A stretch of 63,998 nt of DNA, filler included, from Porpidia crustulata (GCA_964255105.1; 11 parts of 11 records of this genome joined end to end with filler, not necessarily neighbours in it); one strand, 5' to 3'; counted from the first letter of the whole stretch, positions 24,768 to 38,577 are shown. The notes: generated by a model from the sequence alone, not told the origin. A program made the numbers and translations.

Positions 24768-27700
24768 GATTGATTGTTGGATCGCTCAGTTTTATCGGAC
24801 TATCGTATCACTCAATCTCAAAACTCTCACACCAAAGACACGCTCGTTGGCTTAAGATCAGGAACAAGTACGCAACAGAACACGGAAACATCGATGTGAT
24901 ACATGTCTGGCGAACGCGAGCAAGGAATATTGGGCAGATCAGATTCAAATTCAGTGGAAGAGCAGCAGACGAACATCTCAAGGTATCTCGGTGTTGCTAT
25001 CGTTAGTGAGACGCTGGAACGAGGGAGCGCAGCGAAAAGTTGCGCTTGGAATACTGATGGGAACAGATCAACTATGAGACGCTTGAAATGCGTTGGGAGG
25101 ATGGAAGATATTTGTAGGATGGGGAAGTGGTGGGGAAGGGTGACTGGAGGTGAAAGGAAATTTTGCAATCGATATGCCCCTCAGTGATAGCGCCAGCGCT
25201 AAGCCCAAAGTGCACCCTAGTACCATGACCCTGAAATTGAATTAATTTCTTCACTCTCTTGCTCTCGCTCTCTTTTTTCCTAGCGTTCTGCTAACACGAC
25301 ATACGTGATATTCACAGAGCAGCAGCTGATGACGCCCATCAAGGGTCTGATCGATCGGCTTCGATTAAGCAAGGCAACGAATCTAGACCATGATTCACAG
25401 AAATTTGTACTATTGCAAGTGAGTACGAATGTATGGAATACATGGAACAGCGATGATCTCCCTTGAAGTCGATGATCGAAGATTGTGGCGTTTCTAGGCG
25501 CACATTATCACTGTACATTGGCCACATACTAAACCCATCATACCCAATACTTCGCTGCACATTGCGGCTGGAGGTGTTCACTGAATACGCAAGTGGATGG
25601 ATTGTCCGGAGAGAGTAATTTAGGATACCTTCTAGTCTCCTACGGTATACAGCTGAAGTACACAAGGTAACTGCTCAGGTTTCACCGGCTGGCGGCATCT
25701 GTTGGAGCAGAATAGGTAAGAACCAGATCCACTTGGCGATAGAGGTCCACCGATAAGCGAGGTAGCCTGGTTAGGGCTAGGGCTGCTGACCTAAACGGTC
25801 GTAACTGCCGATACTGAAGGAAGGGCGTAAAAAACACGTATGTAATCATGAGACTCGCATATTAAGATCTTGATAGGGGAGTTTCACTTTTTAATAACAT
25901 GTTCTGATGCGACATATGAATTATTACGAGCACGAACGAAAATATCCAATAGTATTCCTAATTCTAGAATCCACGTGCTGAAAAGTTCTCTGATTCTTCT
26001 GCAACACTAAGGTTCTACACTCAAGTGTAAGGCATTGACCTGCGGTCAGCGATACTTCAGTTTTGTCGAGTATAAATACCTCTTCAAAGAGTATGTATTA
26101 GTCTACCCCAGAAGGTAAGGAGGTCTACGTATACGACTCTAGCCATGTGCTGTCTCGTGCAAAGCACCGCGTTCAGCCCTCACGCTTGAACAATCACAGT
26201 AGTTAGGAATCATGGTTCCTTTTCAAAGCGTTCATGTTGCTTTACAAATCTTACTCGATTTCGAGCCTGGTCTCCCTGAATCTGTGGTGAGCTGGAACCC
26301 CCACCTGTTGTGGAACATGGCCCGGGAAATAGTCATCTTTCCCTCACCTTATTACTATGGAAGTGAGCATCGGTTTTGGACGCGCTTTCATGCCTGGGAA
26401 TAAGATGAGTGAACGAAAGAGTCGTGTCGCGGCGTGTCTTCAGAGTTTCCAGTGGACCACCTCTGATCTTTATTTTTCCTATCTCAACGTCCTGACATCT
26501 CCAATCATGATTTGCAATCCCGAAAGCTGTCTTTTTACTCACTTACCACGTATAAGCTTTGCCGAATTCTGTACGAGGTCATACTTTGTCGGGTCATAAA
26601 GGAAGATGAAATTGCTCACTATCAAGGCATAACGACAGTACTTTTAGAAGTAACGACGCAAAGCGTTTCCAGCCTAATGGGTAGGAAAGGTCCCGCGATC
26701 TCCGTCAACGAAACGAATTTTGGCTTCATCATGCGGGCTTATGGCTGCGCAAGATCACTCACAAAACGTATGCTAGGTACCCGGTCGGAGAGAGAAACTT
26801 GGAGCAGCGTAGGAGGTCAAAGGCTGTCCATGGCTGCGAAATGGAAGATCTATTGGATCATTGAGACATTACTCAGGTTTCGACCCGCAGGAAAATCGCT
26901 TACGGGCCGCGTAGGTGCAGCAGAGGAACGGAACACCGTTAGGACTCAAAAGCCAAAAAGTAGACATCTTAATCGTTCGGCCTACTCTCCCGGCAGAATC
27001 GAAGAAGCTTAGTAGTTTGCATCGGGAGCGTACCTCCATGCCTGGGTACTGAGTTCAACATGGCTCAATGCGTCCACCAACATCGTTTATGCTTTGATGT
27101 TCACGATGTTCACGATGTTCTATGCAATCCTACTGCAACACAGTGATTCCTGCTGCACAATCGTCTGGTCGAACAACCGACCAATCCAGAGAGGTATGGG
27201 TGACGGCGCGATTGGGTGTAGCATGATCATTCCTCATAGAGTATTGCCCTCGTTACTTCTCATGTCATTATGGGGACTCCTCCAACACATGGTGAATTGA
27301 ACGTCTCCCTACGAGAACAAGCTTACCTGCAGTGCACATCATGGCCTCCAGCGAGCAGTGGCTTCATAGCGACTAATAGCGACTATTCATTTATACCAGG
27401 TAAAGGCTATGGTACACGTTTGCCGAACTCAAGTACTAGGCTGTTCATATCACGGCACAAACAACCTCAGAGGCATGCAAGATTCTTAATGAAGATGTCC
27501 GACATAGCGACTTCACTGTTAAGACAGAACATGAAGGGTCAACTGATACTGTTAATTTACATGAATGACACACCCACGGAAAAGGTTGATGCAAGTCTGC
27601 CGAGCCGAGGAAGCTCTTGATTGGGTTCCGTATCGACACACCAGAACATGTAACTTGCCTGCAGACACACATCCAACATGCAGCCTGTGCCTCAAAAGTT

Positions 27701-27858
27701 TATGGATTGTCCTTTATGTGCCCTGGTTGTCCAAAAGTCTAGTGCACTCAGATGGATTCAATGAAAAGCTTATGTTATCGGTGAAAAGGCGTGGTATATG
27801 TGATATCGCAACCGTGTATCACATTTCGATCATCTCAAGTGCTACTGCTAATGTTCTG

Positions 27859-29132
27859 ATGGCAGATTCATTGGCGTTGGCTCAATTCTGCCAAGAGAGT
27901 TCACTGACAGCTTTGCTTACGTTGAAGTGGGTTCTATACATATTCGCTACCTTCACGGTCGGCCTCAGACTCTATTTTAGACTCGATAGTCGCAGTGGGC
28001 TCGGAGCAGACGACTATGTCATATTCGCCAGTTGGGTAAGTAACGAAATCCTTCAAATCAGAAGCATTTTAACGAGTATCCAGGTGGTTGCCTCCGTCGT
28101 TGGGGGCTTCCTCACGAAATGGATTCTAATGGGCCTGGGCAGCCATCTGGCATGCTTATCCGACGCGCAGCGGCTTCAAGTCCTCAAATGGAGTCAGTTG
28201 ACGCAGACTGTGGATGTCGTTGGCGTCGGTCTGGTCAAGCTCTCTGTGTGTTTATCTGTGTTGAGAGTATTGGAAAGGGCGTCGAAGAATCTCGCACGAT
28301 GCATTTGGGTCCTCATCGCTTTCATTGTGGCCATCCACCTCACGCAGTTGGTCCTTTTCCTCACCCAATGCTTACCGATGACCCTTATCTGGGAGCCACA
28401 GATGCATGGGAAATGCTTCTCACTCCATGTCACATACCTCGCGGGGTATATCAGATTTGGTAGGAAGCCTGAAAGCAACGTACGGATTCTTCAGCTAAGA
28501 CATGGACCTAGGACTTGACGCTCTTACGGATCTATGTTGCGCTGTGATACCGATCTTTGTGATACAACGTCTACAGATGAATAGATTGACCAAGATCGCT
28601 CTTTGTTCATTAATGGGCCTTGGTGTGCTGTGCGAATCCTTGCACATGTCCAATGACTAGATTGTAAACTGATGGTTACAAAAGTACAGCTGCCTGCGCG
28701 CTGGCCAAAGCTCTCACCATACAGGGTATCTGGGCACAAGACTACACGTGTATGTCTTGTACCACCATTTACCTCTTTGCCACCTAAAGCTAACGAGAGA
28801 CATATCAGGGGCCGCGCGCAAACCCATACAAGCCGGAATGTAAGTCACCACTCAAGCCCCAGCTTCCTTTCCCCCAACCCACGAATACTCACCCACTTCC
28901 CCCCTCCAGCGTCGAATACGACCTCGGCATGATCATCGCCTCCATGCCCATGCTCAAGCCCCTCCTCGACAAGCTCGTCGCCCTCCTACCAGGTAGCCCC
29001 CAGCGGCCTTCAATCCGACAAACAACCTTCCACAGGATATCCATCTCCGGCGCTGCCGCCGGCTCCAGCGAATCGCAAAACGAACGCGATACGATTCCGC
29101 TCCACGATAAGAGAATGGGATTGCAGCATGAT
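27859..29132 (+). CDS. PTH11-like (fungal rhodopsin-domain) integral membrane protein, 3' truncated
   Basis: LRLYFR..GLGADDY, GLGSH, VKLSVCL, QCLP..WEP..GKC, IIASMPMLKPL; multiple introns. Confidence 0.85.
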
Positions 29133-31528
29133 NNNNNNNNNNNNNNNNNNNNNNNNNNNNNNNNNNNNNNNNNNNNTTAATTAATTAANNNNNNNNNNNN
29201 NNNNNNNNNNNNNNNNNNNNNNNNNNNNNNNNGGGTTTGTTATGTGTATTGCATGTTAAGGTATGTAGATTGAATTTTTGAATGATTGAATGAGAAAAGA
29301 CTTCGAGAAAAGACGACGGACGACTACGTGGAAAACGCATAACAAAACAACATCCACTTCTCCTACCCTTCTCCTACCCTTCTCCTACCCTTCTCCCTCG
29401 TCCATAAACCCCACTTCTAATAATCAACGATCACCCCTCTATACTCTCGCTAAAGCAACAGAACAAGACCATCCTACCAAACATCTTTTCAAAAGCATGA
29501 TATTTAATTACCATTGCACAGTAACGAGTTTGTTTGGGATACTGTTCTGGATGTTTGTGGTTTTTGTTTTGTTGCAGGCGGGGAAGGAAAAAGGTGGGGT
29601 AGAGAGAGAGAGTGTGGTGAAGAGATGGTGTTGAGGGGGTGATGTATTTGAGGTTGTGGTTGAGATTGGGGTTGAGATTGTGGTTGAGATATTGTTTAAA
29701 TCTCTTGAACAAATCAGTTCTTAAAGGACTATCCTATCCGCTCCCGAGATGCATGTATCCAGATCTATAACTATCATCCCGTCCCGATGGAAAAAGTCCT
29801 ATTCAATGTCTTCTCTTAAGCGTAAAAATGAAATAATGTGGTGAAGCGACGCTTCAATAATCTCTCAATCTTCATCTTTCAAATATCTATAAAGCATCAG
29901 AGCCAGCCGGCTCTGATGGTTGGTTTGAGCTGCAAAATCTTGTTGTCTTTGTGGTATCTTATCTAGAGCACAGGTGTTTGAATGGGTGGACGGTGGAGGG
30001 GGGCGTTGGAAGGGGCGTTTGCTCACCTTGCCATTTTTCTTCTGCTTCCCCTATCCTGCTTGTCGCTGCTGGCCATTTACTGGGCCTTACCGGTTTTGAG
30101 GACTGGAAGCCACCTATCCGTATTCTAAGTTCGGCCACCCGAGAGCCGTCAGCACTTTTCTATAACTCATCCATTGCCATGTTCATCACCGCCTCCACCC
30201 CCGCTTCCCTCCTTCTCATCACCTTCCGGGAGACTCTCCTCTTCAATTCCCCCTCGGCGATCAACGTCGCCGTCTACCTCTGAGTGCCTCGCAGTTGCAC
30301 CTCAATGCATGTCGGCACTAGCGCCAAAGCATGCAGATCTTCCATCAACTAGATACTCAAAACGCGCTGACGAATCTTTGGGCGGGAGATATAGGCGCAG
30401 TATCAACGAGACCTCTCGATTCTGAAACGTTAATGCTGGCTGGTCGACGGCCGACTTGAACGCTGACAAGTATCGCGGTGTCTTCGGAGTCTAGGAGGGT
30501 CCGAAGATGAGCTGGAGCTCTCTAGTGTCACCTAGAACTATCAAGTTGAAGCATTCAGGAAGCGCTAACATAGGGCCGTTGCCGTCGTCGATGACCTGGC
30601 TGAGTCACGTGGTAAAGTCACAAGGTGTCCCGCGGTTTCCTGTAATGCGGTGCCAATGAAGATGGTATGGGGGAACGAGCGGAGTCTTTTTTTAGCTAAG
30701 TCAATGCTGTCGTTGTACATCCTGCAGCTGGTTTGGGTAAAGCTGAAGTGGGTTCTTGGCAAGACTTGAAGGTGGCATGGGTGAAGACTGCGTCGTAGAT
30801 ATGTATTTAAATGAAGCTTGGTAGTTTAAGAAATGGGGATGATGCTGATCGGGTGCCAATGGTTGTCAAGCCGAGAGCCGATATTACACAGACGAAAGAT
30901 GTGCCTTGTGAGCACGAAGAGGGTGTCCAAACTGGTGTGTATGTTTAGAAAGCCCACCATGGAGGATAAGAACTACGTATATACATAGTGGAACGAAGAA
31001 ATTATTGTTCGTAATGGCGAGATGGAAAAGTAAACTTTCTCGATAACATCTTTCTCAGTGATATCTAGTTTGAAAGGTACGCTTTGCCAGGAATTGACAC
31101 CAGAGAAGCGGTAGTAGACAAAGTCAATGATGAATAACGATATGATAGATGAGTAACCATAACTCCCATACCACATACCTTCTAGGCCAATACACATAGA
31201 GCATAAGCTTGGAATATGTAAATTCTCCGGGAGCGGTCGAAACTTGAAGAGCCAATTGGAGATATTTCAGGGCCAAATTTTTCTCTGAACACATAAACGG
31301 TATTCAAAATCTATAATCTGTTTATAATAAACCTCTTGGCTTCCTAAGGTAGTTCATGAAACGAGATACATTTGTAACATACCTATAGTAATCTCTTTTC
31401 CCAACGCCTCGCTGATGTAAATGCTTTGGAATCCTTCTTCCTTTGCTTACATTAAAGAATCTCAGCAAACCAACACGGTATCTAACATGAGTTTAAGGTT
31501 CATCTTTCCTGGATGCTTAAGCCACCAC

Positions 31529-32377
31529 CTAAAACGGTACTTCCATATCTTCCACCATCTCCTCAGCTTTCGTTTCCCTTCCTCCCTCGAGACACTCTTT
31601 TGAGAACCCCGCCACAGCATCCAGCCATGGCCTTTGACTTGGCAAGAAATGGCCCCCAGGATGCACCACTACTCTCCTTAAAATTTCTTCACCGCTCCCC
31701 GCAAAACTCTCCACCAGAGCCCGACTTCGTTCTTCACTGACGACCGTATCTACTTGTCCGATGAAATGTAAATTCTTTGTCTTAATCGGTGGATCGTAGA
31801 ATCCTTTGTAGAGTTTCCCGGGCGCCATGAATCCGCTATAAATGATACAGAACTTTAAAGGCCCTTGCACCATGCCTCCTTCCGTCTTGCTGTCAAGAAA
31901 CGACGCCGGAAATGGTATACCGCCACCTTGCTCCGCCTTCCTGAAGGCAGAGAGCCGTCTAGGTCCCTCAAGTAGACTGGCAACCAACCCTGCGGCCGCA
32001 GCACCCTGGCTAAACCCCACTACCCCATCAAAGGGGCCCTCTTCTCTTATTGTCTTCGCAATCGTCTCTAGCCCCTCCTCAATACCCTCATATATAATTT
32101 CCCCCTCAGCTGTATCTTGCCTTCGCCACCACCCATACGCATCCTCAAGTTGCAACGCAATGCCAGACTCATCAGAGCTTGGTATGTAGGGGAGATCTGG
32201 GGCTTGAAGGCGGTGAGCACCGGTCGGGTAAGAGAAGGACAGCGAGGGATAAATTTTAGTGAGGTGTTTTGCGAGAGCACGAGTTTTGGCGTGGAAAAGA
32301 GGTCCGGACTGCGTGAAGCCATGGAGCATGAGAATTTTGAGAGGCTGAATTGGAGGGGATAGGTGGGGAGGTGCCAT
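31529..32377 (-). CDS. FSH1-family serine hydrolase
   Basis: ILMLHGFTQS, GPFDGVVGFSQGA nucleophile elbow, LHFIGQVD, HPGGHFLP. Confidence 0.93.
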   Translation of the reverse strand: MAPPHLSPPIQPLKILMLHGFTQSGPLFHAKTRALAKHLTKIYPSLSFSYPTGAHRLQAPDLPYIPSSDESGIALQLEDAYGWWRRQDTAEGEIIYEGIEEGLETIAKTIREEGPFDGVVGFSQGAAAAGLVASLLEGPRRLSAFRKAEQGGGIPFPASFLDSKTEGGMVQGPLKFCIIYSGFMAPGKLYKGFYDPPIKTKNLHFIGQVDTVVSEERSRALVESFAGSGEEILRRVVVHPGGHFLPSQRPWLDAVAGFSKECLEGGRETKAEEMVEDMEVPF

Positions 32378-32719
32378 ATTGGGGGCTATAGATTGGCCAA
32401 GGGAAGGCCAGCGACAATGAGAGTTAAAGGAGAAGAGGCGGCGAAGGTTTAGGGGTTGACTACACTTAGCATTGTCAATCGCTCGTGAGGTGATACAAAA
32501 TTCCCATTGACGTCGCAGGATAGCTAGTCTGGGGAAACCCTAATCTTAGTGTATGAGATAGAGTAGATAAGATAAGATTTTTAGGGATTCCCGGGATCTT
32601 CATTGAGAGAACTTATCCCCTCCCGACTGCTGATATAGTCTTTTTCCTAGATTCTCTTCATGCTGCCTGGGTCTTTGAGAGCATCCGAAATCTACATCTT
32701 TATGTTCAATCGGTAAACC

Positions 32720-33519
32720 ATGCCTGAACCACAACAACCACCACTGAACTGGGAAGCTTCCGCTACAACCACGCATCACCAGTCGTCCTCATCGCTCCCT
32801 TTAGAGGTTGAGGCGTGCTTGAAAAATGCTAGATTTGTACGTCGCCCTGCATGAGATGTATCAACTCCATGCTGACATGCCCGCAGCTTCATCTTGCGAC
32901 TTGTGATGCCATGTTTCCCCATATCTCCCTTATGAACTACACTTACATATCCTCTACCCCATTCACGCCCGACCCAACGATAATCATGACCACGAACCCC
33001 GCTTCGAAAAAGACCCTCAACCTCATCAATAATCCTCGAGTCTCGTTACTCGTCCATGATTGGGTCACGCACCGTCCACCAACCAGGGCACCAGATCCAA
33101 CCCGAGAAGGCTCCCCTCCACCTCAAGCGACCCGATCAAGTCTCGCAAGTCTGCTCTTGAACATAAACACAAGCGCATTGAGTAGCATCAGTACTACAAT
33201 CAATGGTGAAGCTAGGATGGTAGAACAGGGCAGTGACGAAGAGAGATGGTGCAAAGAGGTGCACCTGGAGAATAATACCTTCGGGGACCAGGCACGCGAG
33301 GAACAAGGCTTTTTCGGATCAACCCCGCAGGCTGCAACGACCGAAGGTGATGGTGGAGCAAGTTGTTTCATCGAAGGTGAAGAGGTCAGGGTGGTACTAG
33401 TTGGCGTCAAAGAAGGGAGAATCGCGGACTGGAAAGGGGGCGTGAAAGATTGGAGTGTCATATCTCCAGAGGAAGCAGAGCGCAGAGGTAGACATACAAT
33501 GGTGAATGGACTACCCTAG
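32720..33519 (+). CDS. Pyridoxamine 5'-phosphate oxidase-like FMN-binding protein (YGR017W-like)
   Basis: LPLEVEACLKNARF|LHLATC, PHISLMNYTY, NPRVSLLVHDW, IADWKGGVKDW; intron 32837-32886. Confidence 0.85.
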
Positions 33520-33904
33520 GATTTCATGACTGTACAGTATACATGTTTGCATCACGAAAGGCGTTGGCTTGCGAGACTTGAATCTTCCGGATCAATTCAT
33601 GATAGGAGAATTACCTCCAAGGGATCTGCATCCAATGAAGAAATGAAGGGGCTTCCAGACTGTAGAGCTGTGAAGCATCTTGGTACACACTTGCGCTACT
33701 GCCCGAAATTCTTTGAAGATCTAGCCGTGATCTTTAGATGGAGAATAGCCGGGCAGACGACGTCATCCCGCTGCACCCAGCGCACTTCTTACGCTTGACA
33801 GGTCGCGTCAACCTTGATTTGGGACATACGCGATTTTCCTGGACTTGGCCATCTATTCATCGCTCACGACAATTACAGCTCTTCCCCCAGAGCCAGTACT
33901 CACA

Positions 33905-34966
33905 ATGGTGTACATACGGCAGAAGCAACTTGAAGGTCTACATCCATACAAGTATGCCGGCGTTGATCATTCTCTGGTCTCCCGCTATGTTCTCAAGCCA
34001 TTTTACAACAATGTGGTCATTCGCTGCTTTCCAATGTCCATAGCGTAAGTAGATTAAGCTTTGTGCGTCCCCTAAACGACGTGAGACTGACAACTGACGT
34101 TCGTAGGCCTAACGCCGTAAGTAGCTTTCGGAAATGTGTCCTTCGCATCGAGATCTAATCCATTTACGACCACTTAGATCACACTTTCCGGCTTCAGCTT
34201 CGTGGTTCTGAACTTCTTGACGTTATTATGGTACAACCCAACGTTGGACCAGGATATGCCAAGCTGGGTGTATGCATCTTGGGCAATTGGCCTTTTTCTA
34301 TACCAGACCTTTGACGCAGTCGACGGCACTCAAGCGTATGTCAAGGGGTAAGGAGAAGATGTAGAGACAAGGACTGATTCAAGGGCTGCAGACGAAGAAC
34401 ACACCAAAGTGGGCCGCTCGGAGAGCTTTTCGATCATGGTGCGCATAGAAGAAGTCGCAAAATTTGAGCATTTTTGGCTAAATAAGTCGATCAGGTGTCG
34501 ACGCCTGCAACACCGTGCTCGAAGTCCTTCTCTTCGCCGCCGCGATGAACCTAGGCCAGGGCTGGAACACGGTCTTGACCCTGTTTGGCGGTATACCAAC
34601 ACCCCATCTCGAAGACTTGCATACCCAAACTCACCCCCTACAGCCACCCTGACATTCTACGTCCAGACATGGGATGAATATTATACCCAAACCCTGATCC
34701 TCGGCGTCATCTCCGGTCCCGTCGAGGGTATCTTGACCCTCTGCATCGTCTACGCTTTCACAGCCGTCAAAGGCGGCGGTAGTTTCTGGCAGCAATCCTT
34801 ACTCCAGACCATCGGCATATCCAACAACGGAATGATCCCAGACCACATCTACAAGCTCCCGTTCAATGAATGGTACATGGTCTACGGCGGCCTCGTTCTC
34901 GTCTTCAACACCGTTTCCAGGTAACATCCTCCCAATTTCCCCACATAGCCCACCACTCTCCCACAA
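33905..34966 (+). CDS. CPT1: Choline/ethanolamine phosphotransferase (CDP-alcohol phosphotransferase), 3' truncated
   Basis: YKYAGVDHSL, APNAITLSG, YQTFDAVDGTQARRT..GPLGELFDHGVD motif split by introns. Confidence 0.9.
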
Positions 34967-36010
34967 NNNNNNNNNNNNNNNNNNNNNNNNNNNNNNNNNN
35001 NNNNNNNNNNTTAATTAATTAANNNNNNNNNNNNNNNNNNNNNNNNNNNNNNNNNNNNNNNNNNNNTTTGTATTGGGGGTCTGGGATGATGGGGTGGGGT
35101 TGTGGGTGGTTTGAAGCGGTGTTATTGTTAAGGAGATGGGGAAATTGGGTTCGGAAGGGGAGTTGGAGATATCGTTTTTGAGTTTGGGCGTAGGTGATTA
35201 GAACAAAAAAATTGCTACTGGCTCGAGCTCCACGTTGAGGCAAAGCCGTACTCTTGCTGCACTTTGTGCTTAGATCCTGGAGTCCCGCTTCGATGCCATC
35301 ATCGGGGACGTCTGTTTCAGGATCAAGAGTCAATAAGGGCAATAGGCGGAGGTGTTACTTGCTTAGAGAGATTGATGTTGGTCTTTTAGGAAGAAGGGGG
35401 TGGGGGGGGGTTTCTGAGATGGTACTGGGATGGTTGTGCTAAGGGGAAGGAAGATAGAGGAAACAAGAAGGACTTAGTTTGTTGGAGGTTGCTTTAATGC
35501 TCATCGCGGGCGGAATAGGAAAGCGAGAGCCACGCGGGGGGAAAGTAGTGGGATGGGTTGATATTCCAGGGTATTCTTGCGTCCTGTGAGGAAGGGGTTT
35601 GTGGCAAAGGAAAGCGCTCATAGTGTCGATGAGAGTACTCTCTTTACATGCAGGTCTCAAATTTGAAGTCTCCCCAAGTCAAGAATCTTGGGCTCTATGA
35701 TGCAAGATCGCTATTGGTAGATTAGAAATATATATGATACATCAGCATACTCCCAACAAGGTATCGTAGGTTCCGAAAGGGCCATGTGGGTACTGAAGAA
35801 GGACAGCGCTTTCGATAGAATTGGTTACGACTCGGGAATTGCTTTGCAGTAGATTGATTTGTATTCAGGAGGGGGTATAGAAGGCTCGAGTCTTGATGAT
35901 CCAATAGTCTATCAAGATAAGATTATCAGTTTGCCCAAATAGGTCAAAACGCCATAAAACGCAGGATTGTATGCATGAAAGACTTCGACTGACCGATTAT
36001 GTGAACGACA

Positions 36011-36502
36011 TCATGAGGAACCGATCCAAACATCCAGATTCAATCCGTCTGTTCCAATAATCATCTGCCCTCCAGTGTACGGCACTTGAGGATACGCGTC
36101 CATGCACTTCTCTGTTATCAAAGCCCAATACCGCGCCACCAGGACCAGTGGCAGTGGCGGCTCCGAGGCCCTCGGCTGTCTCGAATTCAATCCTAGCTGA
36201 CATCCTGGACGAGTCCACCTCAGGTTCCCACGATAAGTGCCCGCTGGGTGCTGCTCGCTTCCGTAGGTGTATCTTGTGAGGGCGTCATCGCGAGTTAGAA
36301 TGTCCATGACAATGATGTGCGCGCATGCTTCCGGGTCGATAATACGCCATGACTCCTTTCGTATATCGCAAGTGACGTGCTCGCTAATATCGGTATAATT
36401 CGAGGGCTGTGATGGTACAGCTAACGAATGGAGATCAGGTGGAGGAAGAGCCAGGGTCAAGCATGAGAACATGAGAGGCAAGAAGGTGAGAGTAGCTAGC
36501 AT
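36011..36502 (-). CDS. Small secreted Cys-containing protein of unknown function
   Basis: Signal-peptide-like MLATLTFLPLMFSCLTLA-LP; about 163 aa; four Cys in the mature part; single exon. Confidence 0.7.
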   Translation of the reverse strand: MLATLTFLPLMFSCLTLALPPPDLHSLAVPSQPSNYTDISEHVTCDIRKESWRIIDPEACAHIIVMDILTRDDALTRYTYGSEQHPAGTYRGNLRWTRPGCQLGLNSRQPRASEPPLPLVLVARYWALITEKCMDAYPQVPYTGGQMIIGTDGLNLDVWIGSS

Positions 36503-37254
36503 AATGGAAGTAACCAAATCTGAGACCAGGAATCTTGGACATCCTTCGGGGAGATGAAGGTATAGAGCCTATATTATCTTTGAGCCATTTTTTACGCCAT
36601 TCGCGTTGCGCAAGAAAGAACAATCACGGGAGATATTAGAGATTTGAAATTCAGTCGCTTATGTGTACTCTAGTTGGAAGGCAATTGGGCTCCCGCGCCA
36701 ACAAAGGCGCATTGTTGTCCACACACGCTGTCGATCAATTCTTGTTATTGCCTGGCTTTTCTATACTCTCCATAACACGTCGACAGCGTCAAGGAAGTAA
36801 TCCTGATTGTCATCAAACCTGATCGTATTCTATGCTGTTTTTTTAGGAGTTTATATGACGCGTTGAAGAAAGACATATTTGCGGTATTATTAAGTCGCCA
36901 GTCCTATGTGCTCGTTACTTTTCCGTTAGATTTCTCGGCTTATTAATCTCTCTGCTTAGGAGTGTGTTTATTCGGTATGTGAGGAGGTGATGGTGGTTTC
37001 GGGAGGTGTTAGCTGCTGCTATGCTGCTCGTTGTTGTGTGAAATACCCTGACACGCGGGTAAAAAAAAAAAGAGACCGAGCAATAAGCGTCTCCAGGAGA
37101 AACCTCATCGAATTAGCTAACGAATATGACAACTATCGGATTATATCACGGCCTCACAGTCATTTTATTGATTGACTATCAAACAGATTTATTTCCCGTT
37201 GATTGATGGAAAATCCGCCAGCAAATTTGGTGAGGTTCTCCCAGGAGGCGCTTA

Positions 37255-37380
37255 TTCGTACACACCTCTAGTTCGGCCAAACCTTAGCTCGGTCACGCTG
37301 ACTTTAACTCGATCATAGAACCCTAACCCTCAGTACGGTGGCCGAGCTAGGGGTATGGCCGAACTAGGGGTGTGTTCGGG
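37255..37380. mobile_element. MITE (family B), about 43-bp imperfect TIRs, TA flanks, internal AACCCTAACCCT
   Basis: ttcgtacacacctctagttcggccaaaccttagctcggtcac ... gtggccgagctaggggtatggccgaactaggggtgtgttcggg; TA at 37253-37254 and 37381-37382. Confidence 0.85.
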
Positions 37381-38577
37381 TACTGCTCGGTCTCGTGCCT
37401 GATTGATACTGTGTATGCTTTATATTATGCTTGTTAGACTACATTCTATCCATCACACATTTTACTTTAAAGAGAAGCATTTCATTAATCTCACCTTCGA
37501 TTAACTTATTTAACGTTTAATAAAAACATGAATTTGAGCCAATATCAAATATTCGAAATCTTTCTACTTTTCGCTTCATTTACTTCCCTCCATCTAAACA
37601 AGTATACCTCCTTCCCAACATTGGCTCCAACCTCTTCTCGGTCCCTCGATATCACTGTACAGCTACCCAATGCACAAGAAGCGAAACCGTCAGCGATACC
37701 TCCTGGTCCGGGAATACAGAAAAAGAAATAAAAGAAGCAAAAGCCAAAGTGCCCCAAGCAAGAAACAGTAACAGAAGCAGACATATGGCGGAGCAAATAC
37801 CGTAGCAAACAGTAGGCCTAGAAGCAAAGAAACAGAATACTGAAGGAGATGCGAACTGCATCGTCACATCTCCTGCAGTGGTGGCGGTAAGAGCCATATT
37901 TGAACAGAAGCAGTACATCTACTTCTTAGCCTCATACAGTGTGATTCCATATTCAAAAAGAAGTGTGAAGCTCGCGTGCCTGCATCTTGGGTCGTGGGTG
38001 GCTTTAATTGGAATTTAGGGGAGTGGGTGTCGAAAGGGCCATCTAATTTTTTCTTGTCGATACCTGGGTTATGGTCGAAGTGCGCGCTGCGTTTGTCCGT
38101 TTCGAGGGCTCTTCATCTCTCATTGCTCGTGACACTCTCTTCGAGACGAGAAACGCGGTTGACGACTTCATTTACACCCAGCTAGCTGATCTAAGCCTGT
38201 GACAACGAGATTTGACGGTGGAGCCTTGCTGTAGGATTCCCAGATCTGAACACTTTAAGTTGACTTGGGGTCTCGATTAGCTCCTCTTAAGTCGCTGAAC
38301 AGCTTGCTACGTAGCCTACTAGCAATCTCGGGGACTCACGGCTCAAGATAAGATTATACGCTCTACTTGGACTATATCTGGTGGAACGAGGAAACCCTAC
38401 TTTTTTGCGACCAACAGCTTGACTCGCTTATCAGTAAGGTAGGCAACTATTGCGAACCCCTGTTTCTTTAAAATTTTCGATTTGAAGTGATATCAATTAT
38501 GGAAACATCGCGTATTTTGCATACAAATCAGCCTGCTAAATATCTGCACATAAGTCTTGTAGTATTTAAGGAAAGTC

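Noticed and set aside
25765..25800. TTAGGGCTAGGG plus AAACGGTC as another MITE copy
   Set aside because: Too short, with no TIR pair or TA flanks; could be chance or an ordinary promoter telobox.
26212..27620. Cluster of short ORFs upstream of the PTH11-like gene
   Set aside because: No motifs or coherent splice model.
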